DNA of 64,000 nucleotides from a virus: IMG/VR virus record IMGVR_UViG_3300045988_047070; one strand, 5' to 3'. Shown piece by piece: positions 48,701 to 56,424 of this stretch (position 1 is its first letter; each line of letters starts with the position of its first letter). The notes under the pieces were generated by a model. It saw only the letters and a program-made list of their open reading frames with translations, ran no database searches and was not told where the DNA came from. The position numbers and the translations under genes were made by a program.

Positions 48701-51700
48701 CATCAGGTGGAACCGAACCGGGGGTTACTGGTGTAGGTATAACTCCATCTTTGGTTGCATCGTTAACTTCTTCTTCAGTTAAATCTGCTGGTTGTGGATC
48801 AAACAAATCATCTACAGTAATCTCAGCGACTTCTGCTGGTGTTGTCATTTTACCTCTAACATTCTCTGGCATATTGTAGTATGCAGTAGAATATGCTCCC
48901 TTAATAGCATCAAAATGTTGAGATAACTTTTCTCTATCCCTACCAATAGCTTCATACATATTCAATGCTACTTCTTTGAACTTGTATGCTCCTAAGTTAA
49001 ATGCTTTACCAAGCATTGTCAAGAAAGCTTTGAATATTTTTGCTTGCTTTTCAGCTTGAGCAGCAGGATCAAATGCGAACCCTAAAGTATCATCCTCAAG
49101 AAGATCAAAGAAGTTTCTTGCTGCTTCATTAAATTCTTCTCTAGCATTTGCAGTATCCTTTTTAGCCTGCTCAGTTTTAGTTGCTTTTGGTTTAGATTCT
49201 TTAGCTTTCTTTGATGTTTTAGTAGGTTCCTCAACAGCACCACCATATTCATTAAATACATCTTCAGTTTCTACACCACCTACTCCACCAGCAAATGGAT
49301 CTTCATCTGCACCTAATATTTCATTAGTAGTTTCAACAGGTTCAGTTTTTGCACTGTCATTATTTTGAGGTTGAACTTCAGGTTCAACTTGTGGTTGTTG
49401 TTTTCTTTGAGTTAAACCAATATCTTGTCCTTCTGCAGCAGCTATAATAGCTTGATCTGCTTCACTTAATTCTTGAGATGCAATATTAGCTTGAGTAGGT
49501 CTAGCTGTTCTCCTTACTTGAGGAGTAGGTTTTTGCTCAACTTCTGGCGCTGCTTGTTGCTCAGTACGCATTGGGCCGGTAGGAGCAGTGACAGGCTTAG
49601 AAGGGACAACAGGTTTAGATGCTGTTTGTTGTTCAGTAACCCCTAGTGCACCTTCTGCAGCTTCTTTACTTTCAGCTTTTTTAGTTTGATATAAATCAAA
49701 CATTTCACTAATAAGAGTGCCTCCTTGATGCTCATGGATATTTCTTAAAGCAGTAAGCCTTAACTTTTTAGATTTCTTGTAAGGTTTAGTCTTACCTAAT
49801 TCTATTATATTCTCTCTTTCTACTTCTTCAGTAGGAGTAATTCTACCATTATCTATACCATGAAATGAATTTAAGATCTCTCTATTCCTTTCTAACATTA
49901 ATTCTGCTAATATACTATCTTCTGTAGCTTTGTTAAGACCAGATACATGTTCATTCATAGTAACGAACTGCATAGCTGTATCTACATTATTAATAGTATT
50001 AGCATTATTCTTATACCAAGATGGCATACTCTTTAGAATAGATTTCTTTCTAGCATTTAGACGATATTTCATATCCTCTAATTTAGCCAAAGAGTATTGA
50101 TTACCTCTGAACTCAGACTCATTTTTACTTTCGTTCAATTGATTTATTGCTGTATCAATTTCAGTAATCATATTACTCATGATATTCAAATTTCTTTGCC
50201 TATCATAAATCTCTCTTAATTCGTCTTTAGATATAATTTCATCTTGAGTAGTAGCTGTATCATTAATTTGTCTATAAGCACTATCTATAGCAATTGTTAG
50301 GCTTTCCTCTGATATAGGATCGTTTACAAATTTATTCTTAGCATTATCTAATTCTTGTCTTCTTACTCTGGCATTTTGAATAGAAGAAGTGTACTCTTTT
50401 TCTGCTTGCATTGCAAGACCAACAAGTATACCATATTCTTCTGTATCTTCTTCAATACCCATAGTCTTAGCTAAGGATTTCATTTGTTTACTCTTAGCTA
50501 AAGAGAAAGCTCTAGATGCAAATCTAGCTTCTTCTAATGCATCCTCTCTGTTAAATCCTTCTGGTAAGTTTTCTGTTTTACCATCAGCTAACATACTCCA
50601 AGCATTTACAATCTCAGCTTCATGCCCTTTTAGTTTACCACTAGCATAAGTTATTGCTTTCTCCATCTCTTCCTTAGAATTGATTTCATTTGCAGCTAAC
50701 TCATTTACTCTATCCATCCCTTGTGTATCTTTCACAAGAGAATAAGCACCTCTGACATTAACAGTACCTTGGATTGGAGATAACAGACTTGCAGCAGCTC
50801 CTAACTTAACATTATTCCAATATTCTGTATCATTTTCATATAATGGGTTTTGATAGCCAAATGGACTTCCTAGGATGTTAGCTACAGTTGTAGCTTTCTC
50901 TTTATATGCTCCTACTAAGGATGACGCTAATCCCTCTATATCTAAATCAGAACTATCAAAGTCCCCACGCTTATAGGCTTGACCTGTAGTATATTGTGAA
51001 CCTTCCTCAATTGCTTCATTAAATGCAGTTGCAGCATTACGCAATGCTAAATCCGTTCCAACATATGCTGCTTTTGCGGCTCTATTAGCCCATTTTTTTG
51101 TTGCAACATCAATTGCATTTCTACCTAATACATACTTGGACATTTTCTTTTTAGCTTGACTAGCTGCTAATTCTCCTAACCCTTCAATAGGGTTCATTCC
51201 AAATGCAACTGTATTAAGACTTTTCCCAATCCAACCATCTGCAATTTTTCCAAAGTAAGGAACCATAAGAGCATCTTCCGCTAAATTGCTTGCCCATGTG
51301 ATAGCCATGTTTTGGGCAAAATCTCTGTCCAGACCTTGTCTTGCTTGAGATATAGCATTACTTAAAGATTGATCCTCTATTTGAATTTGACCGTCAAGAA
51401 TCTTTTCAAACAATTTATCATCAGTAAGTTTGCTGAACTCTTCTGGTAAATCTTGTGATCTAGCAGCATTAACTACAGCTTGTACAGAACTACCGCTTTG
51501 ACTTAATATATTAGATACTCTATCTCTATAATCATCTGATACGTTAGCATTAGCTTCATTCTCAGCTTGCTTATAGTTAGAATATATCATCATAGCAGCA
51601 TTACCTAGATCTAATGCAATGCTTAATGCTCCTGTAGCAGCTCCAATAGCACCACCTGCAAGAGTACCAGCTCCGGGAGCTACACTACCAGCAGCAGCTC

Positions 51701-52547
51701 CAGTTAATGCCATAGTACCTGCTTTCAATAGACTCTTAGTCATTACGCTTTTTAACACTGTAGTAGCATATGGTGCTATTTGCCACATCCAAGCAGAAGA
51801 AGAAGAACCTACAGCGGATGGTACAGAATATATCCATTTACTTGGTTCTGTCCATTTAAATTCGCTATTCTCTTCCATACCTCTTTGGAAGCGTTCATCT
51901 ACTTTATATCTAGCAATATCAGCCTCATCTGTAGCTATATCATCATATAGCTCTTGAGCTCTATTTTTATATGACTGTAATTGCTGTTCTTGTTGTGCAC
52001 GTACCTCTTGAGCATTACTTAAATCAGGTGATACACCCAATGCGCTTAATCCTTCTTTTGTCTGATTTAATTCATTATCTACTTCCTGTAATCGAATTGC
52101 TATTGCGTCTGCTTCATTACTATCCTGAGTAGTAGATAATTGATTAAGAAGAGAATTCTTCTCAGACATTAAATTGTCATATGCAGAAAATAGATTAAGA
52201 TTGCTATTAAATCTGTCTATATTTGGTAATACTTCCCTACGTAATACACCTCTAGTATTTGACAACTGTGCTTCGTTCATATCACGAAGCATTGCCTTTG
52301 CAGAATTAAATATTAATTCTGTAGTACTAAGATCATTAGAACTTTCATCTAGAGTGCTTTCTGTATCTAAATCTTTATTATAACTATCTTTGTTATAACC
52401 AGCTAAGTCTCTAAGCACCAAAGTAGGATCTACAGTAGATCCTACTCCAATACTTGAAGCATTAGAACCATCTAGATATTTTTCGTAATTTTGTTTGCGA
52501 AGTCTAGTGGCTAATGATATATCTTGTATATTGTTTTTACTGTCCAT
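39747..52547 (-). CDS. giant protein (4266 aa) containing a crAss-like virion RNA polymerase module plus a zincin motif
   Basis: It is an uninterrupted 12.8-kb ORF. The DxDxD motif DFDID lies at residues 3331-3335 (nt 42543-42557) in the context FTARTGSDFDIDKLF. HEAYH lies at residue 1854 (nt 46974-46988). A P/Q/E/K-rich linker spans about residues 960-1110. Confidence 0.75.
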   Translation of the reverse strand: MDSKNNIQDISLATRLRKQNYEKYLDGSNASSIGVGSTVDPTLVLRDLAGYNKDSYNKDLDTESTLDESSNDLSTTELIFNSAKAMLRDMNEAQLSNTRGVLRREVLPNIDRFNSNLNLFSAYDNLMSEKNSLLNQLSTTQDSNEADAIAIRLQEVDNELNQTKEGLSALGVSPDLSNAQEVRAQQEQQLQSYKNRAQELYDDIATDEADIARYKVDERFQRGMEENSEFKWTEPSKWIYSVPSAVGSSSSAWMWQIAPYATTVLKSVMTKSLLKAGTMALTGAAAGSVAPGAGTLAGGAIGAATGALSIALDLGNAAMMIYSNYKQAENEANANVSDDYRDRVSNILSQSGSSVQAVVNAARSQDLPEEFSKLTDDKLFEKILDGQIQIEDQSLSNAISQARQGLDRDFAQNMAITWASNLAEDALMVPYFGKIADGWIGKSLNTVAFGMNPIEGLGELAASQAKKKMSKYVLGRNAIDVATKKWANRAAKAAYVGTDLALRNAATAFNEAIEEGSQYTTGQAYKRGDFDSSDLDIEGLASSLVGAYKEKATTVANILGSPFGYQNPLYENDTEYWNNVKLGAAASLLSPIQGTVNVRGAYSLVKDTQGMDRVNELAANEINSKEEMEKAITYASGKLKGHEAEIVNAWSMLADGKTENLPEGFNREDALEEARFASRAFSLAKSKQMKSLAKTMGIEEDTEEYGILVGLAMQAEKEYTSSIQNARVRRQELDNAKNKFVNDPISEESLTIAIDSAYRQINDTATTQDEIISKDELREIYDRQRNLNIMSNMITEIDTAINQLNESKNESEFRGNQYSLAKLEDMKYRLNARKKSILKSMPSWYKNNANTINNVDTAMQFVTMNEHVSGLNKATEDSILAELMLERNREILNSFHGIDNGRITPTEEVERENIIELGKTKPYKKSKKLRLTALRNIHEHQGGTLISEMFDLYQTKKAESKEAAEGALGVTEQQTASKPVVPSKPVTAPTGPMRTEQQAAPEVEQKPTPQVRRTARPTQANIASQELSEADQAIIAAAEGQDIGLTQRKQQPQVEPEVQPQNNDSAKTEPVETTNEILGADEDPFAGGVGGVETEDVFNEYGGAVEEPTKTSKKAKESKPKATKTEQAKKDTANAREEFNEAARNFFDLLEDDTLGFAFDPAAQAEKQAKIFKAFLTMLGKAFNLGAYKFKEVALNMYEAIGRDREKLSQHFDAIKGAYSTAYYNMPENVRGKMTTPAEVAEITVDDLFDPQPADLTEEEVNDATKDGVIPTPVTPGSVPPDAISDSELAEFTENSELGILNTFHYTPTANIGETIELGGARIQFSPNSELPKLFKTKQDKLTYEYSVAPYYDNIRKKTVQWNDPNTYDYARVGLIITNTENNKRYWVAMRSPNNIRNLTPEEYPEMIRKLRERRQEIISRFVMKDSNGSLLNKVDTRIKVTPTRLLLHNAIEGTISQEIPVNDKQFKDVFQFSGNLDEEINNFGYSTGVRGTSTIFTVEGDNTGFIGTTSGGVYYIIDGKKRLSGRPLPLKLSLARFNSYPKLAEAISTIVFRSGFKGGQNINNTDLIASDIIEMFLNYGEPTSVNNDSDISDSAKANLRNKQLYIDNKGQFGVLHYGINEVSLAGLSIAQKEQERKHFEDWLLSNGSMPFKVPSKGNDKLAVNMKMNLLFSGRLASSVEKAGGRLELFDGIVFTREDMNHTLLSWMVRNGMIKSNLNAGRYERPYVIADGMTQDMPTTIPDSTATPAIEEAPKSEAPKPSRRRRSFSDLSSMGGSQKEVKINFTPNKKYTTKEKLNKVQAKNFLKQKLGMTDAEINIIDAAVSSDMPATALSYMTKDSITLYNSDPSGVEFHEAYHRVSLLLLSDQERNKVYEEYRRIHPNLKNASDKYVEEALAEEFRGYMMYKTPRKSYRITKWFEKLRDFIMSLFGRTTPTKIFRGIYEGKYANIPVSQEAKDRFEKAYRNRVNFTQHGYTFQNIKSLDNYNQAVEFFAISYINQSLSSQSFVDDLTKIQIDYQDMRDLLEDLSYDDNATPEQRAAANELYEHFDVFQKDIKSYLDSLSLRQVKEEQEYDETEERDGGEIEKENFDKYDKASYEVSVLHNIRPAVKLFLSSIEDRVYDKATDSYVRDMNAETGIPRVTPFLTAWRRIVDKLFDEDTYDGLIRKSAQLAKTDPFYASVYNKLSSVKDSNLQTQIFQTITGYRHNFLTVGFQNIGTDTIQYIANLGGSVNLRNGKRLVADWNRNFYNSNMVITDAEGNRKPNMELLKTIRDDINTLNTRLARMNESTSNEDFNAVLYSYVDIYNKIGIAINFDTLYQAIVDKVSSVNSVNKPTILQAAKELLSSNRDGSLAKAIPEILRRPVKDKPNDRIKRSIDGVFTGENSILNLAIVHYQLNNNNLEEKVLGPKNTTVYPLSKHNYLTLEIKKLNNDRNYVSRLLKCPINSSSLVYNTLKNSPNTRLTVGTLLNITEYNSGNTGTDYQSAPRIETFISKFVCSENDILILPTMSDKKTYMPIQGLKMFKGRTLNITPVDDYVEMRFSDDVLNQFYKYYRSEYDAILQYRRMKLAEDKIDDSNRPTMYFGKRGEDNGKGGKFRIARGVYHYTGDGNVQYISFNSMSDKELMDYFNNTAQLKEDLNTTLGVFVDKQLDYIQRLGLIEKTTDGYYKNKFLPVSSINDRANKLSNDIATLAGKENELNRNHIAIYDAISTFTVNNFVSMFETEKILYKDVAFFKNYPDVSKRLAGTLSTGDRPRTDFSDPNHLMNKVARYKQGRYNVAGLKDVELRTNQPKELYKAIYDAYVRELMENSGKYTKEYIDTVFESGDLFSNESIPQGIKDKAKESTERDLSLYGDIKMNKEGNIEVNEEETPINQADASVYCSPTMYKAILASQGLLDPKVEEAIDYVEQHADDLGDIRKYVNTLSAVLSPKKMVYFGNEILQPIPGEFINMPIFNKMAIFPLFKVLATGDLRVLYDRMNDVNNPIDMFTTKSAVKVGNIKEYDFYTDATQNEITEEFKKDDKGTYSKPIVYRQQNFGNLLNQMPIEAHDAEKRMLVTQAMKTVFSNIRLDGDYFIPSSSGVDQDTTGRKGKKVSGRQLVKLAMDAIDNLSDRGLNRILKDLHAEKNEDGTYSFKDLQGISDKLVRDMISSNMDSDIIDQVTLDETGNFKVPLSASPVAKQLVTKIISAVNKETVDINLPGGTFVQMSSFGLKSIDKVKASEAGQYSKYQINNGERLKLIADDRSMECVISINLLKHIIPGYENMSFLQARQWLMDNNIIGPNASPSAMAYRVPTQGMSSIAALTIKDVVMSQAGDIIILPDEFTARTGSDFDIDKLFLTRYNYTSRRSNKPGREATKDEKELALSGFNEYADEILAIKDGEPVTRRSTQNMATLVNDYLKSKNSNVVYDVTDATYKVYPYISSKTEFDYNKSMNEQSQGAIENLLIDTFMASLLDSKNTHDTTRPLDVPVNIMKNGIVKKYFPDKKNDAALYEYTEEYQDTLKQDFADSKGGIGPFALNNPHHVLGQLVELVMQSPEYLPNIGNLHKVSGVDDIHILDWLSALISAHVDVAKDNYIIKLNVNGFTYNLTNFLLRNGAGKNTMYFVSQEIMKDLANDYIQSRGVYGIDNTKPFYRRFQEKEKAVYDKFVTKAKSLAKSNEDKENLDLLLKNEQVTDQVLFEVPEQGKLGYLENLLRKANDKEKDFDYYYGQILVYKLFKEIEPMAQAMSDLVKASQVDTKKFGKNSIEMRTFLQNVADCYTSPYFTSEMINKFFKETFLQKKIDNSIKFTLDLLGKINIQSSDEYYRVFRSLINASGFSKVKDKQAVTAFTNAIDSYWRAYALYDSTSSPLINSMKELRDLFIGPNTIAKRINRIKTDIISDAASKGGKYPIISVTNGRISNLFLNSITGVTDTTGKAIDYVRLDYSDDISSNASRQIREYWQELLDSDNQELHDLAYDLVRYAVFSGHGTKHLNSLFDFIPTRVLDELGYYETVRTLEKNIDDFSNLFTPDDVDEIYRNNWQDNNMVPVINTNTKGIYIHREKVGNRLVPVAIKGSSRRYVCKDDTDVPLYHPYVKMRDNNATGGYNLYKYVGTFIKDNGKTKTYKPLYILVNKKGFRQGGKGFVSEYLSPYTTGSKYISRFSIIPGNNVAPRFAKYDNNFLEDIPDIINNEIVPKINSQTNKVSGKPLSGVFYSRNTIDYMFSTVENDSAPLVDTSMDENGEVVENTIEQPSTSENEQTEQTEQTNEFNNENEFPTDEMNHCIK

Positions 52548-54321
52548 AGATTAATTCTTCATTATCTCCTCTGTAAGCAGCATTTAATTTAGAACCCATT
52601 TTAGTATACTGGAATTCTTCCAAATTAGCTCTTTCCCTAGTTTGCTGATTATTAAGTACTTGACGCATAACAGGTACCTCTACATAAATACCATCATACT
52701 GAATAGCTGCAGCATACTGAGGATCTGATAACCATCCACTACTTTGTATCTCTCTATATGCAGCATTTTTATCACTACCAAATTTGATATTAGGTTTCTT
52801 AACAATGTCTCCAGAAGGACTAGGTAATCTACCATTTAATGTTGATAAGAACTTATTAAAGTCTTCATTTTTAATTAGCTTTTCAGGATCAGTTTCTCCA
52901 AAGTCGTAGCCATTATCAATGAAGTATTGTACTGGAACATACGCTTTGTATTCTTGAGTGAATTGTTCATCACCGGGAATACCATTTTCAATAAGTACTT
53001 TATTAGTAGGTGTAACTCCCACATTAGGAATATTACCAGCAATAAGGTCTCTTTCAAATTTAACTCGATTTGGGTTCCAGTTAGCTTCATTAACGCTTAA
53101 ACCAAACTTAGAGTTGATATATTGTTCAGGTGTCATCATTCCATAAACGCTATTACCAGAATAAATTGGAGCACCTGCTAATCCTCTAACCATAGAGGAT
53201 TTATCAAGCATAGCATCATTAATAAAGTTCGCTTGTGAACCAATATCTGTAGATAGTCTTGACATAATACCATATGCACTCTTATTTCTATTTAAAGGTA
53301 ATTGAGTACCGTTTTCATCTACTCTATTAATATAAATGTCTCTATATTTACTATCAGGAGCAAATGTCTTCTGGATTCTATCAAATTGTGAATTATAAGT
53401 TAATTTGTTTCCTTCTTCAGATGTTTGAGGACCATATGGCCTATTCATAAGTGTAGCAGCAAGCTTAGTAGTAAATTGTACTGGAGATCCTTGAGCATTT
53501 TCTGCAGCTTTTAATTGCCTACGATACGCTTGCTCAGCAGCCATCTTAGCATACTGGTTAAGCTCTCTTGTTGGTCTAATAGTCCTGTCAATATTGGAAT
53601 CAATAATTTGTTGTCTAAACCAAGATTGAGCCTCTTCATCTGTAGCCCCAGTTCTTTGTTTAAATAACTGCATATGCTTTTGTGCTTCTGGAGTACTAAC
53701 AATATCATTAAAATGAGCATCTGCTACAGCTTGAATATCTTCCATTGAATTTCCAAAGTAGTCATAACCACCTTTAGTGTATAGATATCCTCTTTGCAAT
53801 TTAGCATAATATGGATCGGATAACTCTCTAACATCCTTATATGCTAAAGGAGATACATCATTATAAATTCCAGAAGTAAGTGTATCGTAGTTAGCAAAAT
53901 CAACTCCATGCCACATTTCATTAAATTTACCGGCAGCTGCTAACTTCTGATTCATTTCCATTCTTTGTAGCATACCCTCTCTACTTTGCTTTAAAGTAGC
54001 CAATTTATATCTATCCACATTATTGATTAAAGAATTAATCTGAGCTCTACCTTCTGGAGTTTTAAGAGAATCGATATTTTGTGCTAATTTATCAATAATA
54101 GGTTTAGCTTTACCCATTGTCTCATCGTACCAAGCCTTAGTATCTTTTTCTGATGGTGATCTAAAATCAGACCATTTATCCAGAGCACCAGATAAATCTG
54201 CAATAGCTTTATCTACTCTAGCATTTGCTTCTTTACCTAGAGTATATAATTGCTGGAATGGTAGAGGAACATATGTATTTATGAACTGCGCTTCTGCAGG
54301 ACGATCATATCTATTTACCAT
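52537..54321 (-). CDS. virion (cargo or tail-associated) protein, function unknown (594 aa)
   Basis: ORF track. It is tightly packed in the late operon, directly upstream of the giant gene with an 11-nt overlap. Confidence 0.6.
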   Translation of the reverse strand: MVNRYDRPAEAQFINTYVPLPFQQLYTLGKEANARVDKAIADLSGALDKWSDFRSPSEKDTKAWYDETMGKAKPIIDKLAQNIDSLKTPEGRAQINSLINNVDRYKLATLKQSREGMLQRMEMNQKLAAAGKFNEMWHGVDFANYDTLTSGIYNDVSPLAYKDVRELSDPYYAKLQRGYLYTKGGYDYFGNSMEDIQAVADAHFNDIVSTPEAQKHMQLFKQRTGATDEEAQSWFRQQIIDSNIDRTIRPTRELNQYAKMAAEQAYRRQLKAAENAQGSPVQFTTKLAATLMNRPYGPQTSEEGNKLTYNSQFDRIQKTFAPDSKYRDIYINRVDENGTQLPLNRNKSAYGIMSRLSTDIGSQANFINDAMLDKSSMVRGLAGAPIYSGNSVYGMMTPEQYINSKFGLSVNEANWNPNRVKFERDLIAGNIPNVGVTPTNKVLIENGIPGDEQFTQEYKAYVPVQYFIDNGYDFGETDPEKLIKNEDFNKFLSTLNGRLPSPSGDIVKKPNIKFGSDKNAAYREIQSSGWLSDPQYAAAIQYDGIYVEVPVMRQVLNNQQTRERANLEEFQYTKMGSKLNAAYRGDNEELIYGQ

Positions 54322-54323
54322 AA

Positions 54324-56423
54324 TTATCTTTTATAATATTGTCTATTCATCTGTTGAATTAACTCTGTAGGATTACCATATGCTAAGAAATTAGCTAGAT
54401 ATGGATAAATCATGTTATCTCTTGCTGCTTGATTCTTCATCTGTCTGTTTACTTGAGACCATTGTCCTAATTGACTAACAGCAGCAGTACCAAAGCTTCT
54501 AGCAGCTGCTCTATTTTTAGCATTTAAATCATTTGCAAGAGTTCTACTTTGAACAAATTGCTGACCTAAATTATTTAAAGTATTAGCGTATTCACCTAAG
54601 TAAGCATTATCTGCATTTTGTTTAGTAGCATACATATTAGCATTAGCAGCATATTCATCAACAGCGGCTTGAGTTCTTGCTGCTAAATTAGAACCAGTAT
54701 TAGCATTAATATTTGCTAAGTTATAATTTGAAATAGCCCTTGATCTACTGTTGGCTAATCTTGCAGGTTCTATATTCATTCTACGTCTAGCCATAGTATT
54801 AGTAATAGCACCTGTGTAAGGATTTAAAACAGTTTGTTCATACTCTGGATTACGTAAAGATTGTAAAGCATTATATACGGTAGGAGCTAATGACAACCAG
54901 TCTGGAGAATAATCAATAACCCCAGCTTTATCTTTTGGACTCTTTTTATTACCTACCGTATTTGATATAGGAGATAAATCCGGTTTTGCTGCAACTGGTT
55001 TCTTAGGCGCTTCTAAAGATTGAGTATAAGCATCATTGAAACCAATAACTGGTTCTTCAATATCAAGCATTGGAGCATCTACAAAGTTATAATTAGGAAC
55101 CGTTTTAGTTGAGATTGTACTTGGAGTTTTTGTAGTACTTTTACTTGGTACACTTTTAGTTGTATTTACTGCAGGAGTAGGCGATACAGGTTTAGTTGGT
55201 ACAACAGGTGTATCAACAGAAATCGGCTCATCATTAGCATATGTAATAGCGTCTATACCATCTCCTGTTACAGGAGCATAAAAAGCAGGAGCACTACCAT
55301 ATGTTTGAATTATACGCTTATTTGGATTTAATTGGATATTTGATCTAGATTTATCTCTATCACTAGCCGCACCTAATACTGAAGACCAATATGGATCCCA
55401 TTGCTGAACGTGTCTCATATATGCAGGAGTAGCAGGTGCTTTAGCGGTCACCTCTACATCTGGTAACTGATCAGCATAATATAAATCATTATTCCTCCAA
55501 TACTCTTTTCTATTCTCCAGTAATTGTACAGGATCTATAGGCTTACTTAATTTATCCTTAGTTCTAGTCTTAGCATTTTTTGGTGTTTCTACTGGAACAT
55601 AATGTAAAGCTTCATCTAGTGCTTCTGTGTATATATTTGGACGTCGAAGACTATACCCTTTTTCATAAGCAGGAATACCTTTCTTTTTAGGTTTAATTCC
55701 TTTTTTAGCTTTTACTTCCTCCTGTTCTGATAATAGATTATCATATGCAAAGTTAGCATTTCGTTTATTTAACATATTTGTATTATCAGCAAATATATCT
55801 TTACCTTTACTTGGCTTCGTCATTCTAGTAAGTTTTTTACCTTCTTGTGCAAAAGTTTTATTTGTTCCCGGTCTTTTAATTTTGTCAGATAATACTGACT
55901 CTAAATTAGACGCATCAATTAAATGATTATCTGTACCGGGTCTATTATTAGGAATTTGCATAATAGTTCCATCGTCCCCTCTGATAACCTCATTATTGTC
56001 TACATAGGCTAAATCAGGAAGTATACCACCATTCTCATAAGTATATGCTAACACATTATCATCCCAATATTCTGCTGTTTGATTTGCTGCAGCATTCATA
56101 CCTAGTTGAGTTTTATTCATGGTTTCTTTTCTGCGCCGCATTTGTTCCATCTGTTTTTTGCGTCTTCTAGATCCAATCCAACCAAAAGCCGCTCCTAATA
56201 CTCCACCAGCAGCAGCACCAATTGGCCCTCCAATACTAAAACCTGTTCCAGCTAAAGAAGCAGCACTACCTAATGTACTACCTATAGCATCACCTGTAGA
56301 ACCTTCTCCTGATAAACCAGAAATGGCAGAGCCAAGAACATTAGCTCCACCAAGGTAATTAGGCAGTTGATCCATGCCAAATGCATATGCTGGTACGTTT
56401 TTCTTATTAATTTTCTTTTTCAT
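54324..56423 (-). CDS. virion protein with N-terminal glycine-zipper membrane-active segment (699 aa)
   Basis: GGANVLGSAISGLSGEGSTGDAIGSTLGSAASLAGTGFSIGGPIGAAAGGVLGAAFGWIGSRRRKK. A P/T/S-rich linker follows: PVVPTKPVSPTPAVNTTKSVPSKSTTKTPS. Confidence 0.6.
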   Translation of the reverse strand: MKKKINKKNVPAYAFGMDQLPNYLGGANVLGSAISGLSGEGSTGDAIGSTLGSAASLAGTGFSIGGPIGAAAGGVLGAAFGWIGSRRRKKQMEQMRRRKETMNKTQLGMNAAANQTAEYWDDNVLAYTYENGGILPDLAYVDNNEVIRGDDGTIMQIPNNRPGTDNHLIDASNLESVLSDKIKRPGTNKTFAQEGKKLTRMTKPSKGKDIFADNTNMLNKRNANFAYDNLLSEQEEVKAKKGIKPKKKGIPAYEKGYSLRRPNIYTEALDEALHYVPVETPKNAKTRTKDKLSKPIDPVQLLENRKEYWRNNDLYYADQLPDVEVTAKAPATPAYMRHVQQWDPYWSSVLGAASDRDKSRSNIQLNPNKRIIQTYGSAPAFYAPVTGDGIDAITYANDEPISVDTPVVPTKPVSPTPAVNTTKSVPSKSTTKTPSTISTKTVPNYNFVDAPMLDIEEPVIGFNDAYTQSLEAPKKPVAAKPDLSPISNTVGNKKSPKDKAGVIDYSPDWLSLAPTVYNALQSLRNPEYEQTVLNPYTGAITNTMARRRMNIEPARLANSRSRAISNYNLANINANTGSNLAARTQAAVDEYAANANMYATKQNADNAYLGEYANTLNNLGQQFVQSRTLANDLNAKNRAAARSFGTAAVSQLGQWSQVNRQMKNQAARDNMIYPYLANFLAYGNPTELIQQMNRQYYKR

Positions 56424-56424
56424 A

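Noticed and set aside
35720-53720. Numerous 60-130-aa ORFs nested inside or antisense to the giant late genes (for example 35720..35929, 40033..40428, 51619..51957 and 53511..53720)
   Set aside because: They lie within uninterrupted multi-kb ORFs and have low-complexity or hydrophobic translations typical of off-frame reading. There is no independent start context.
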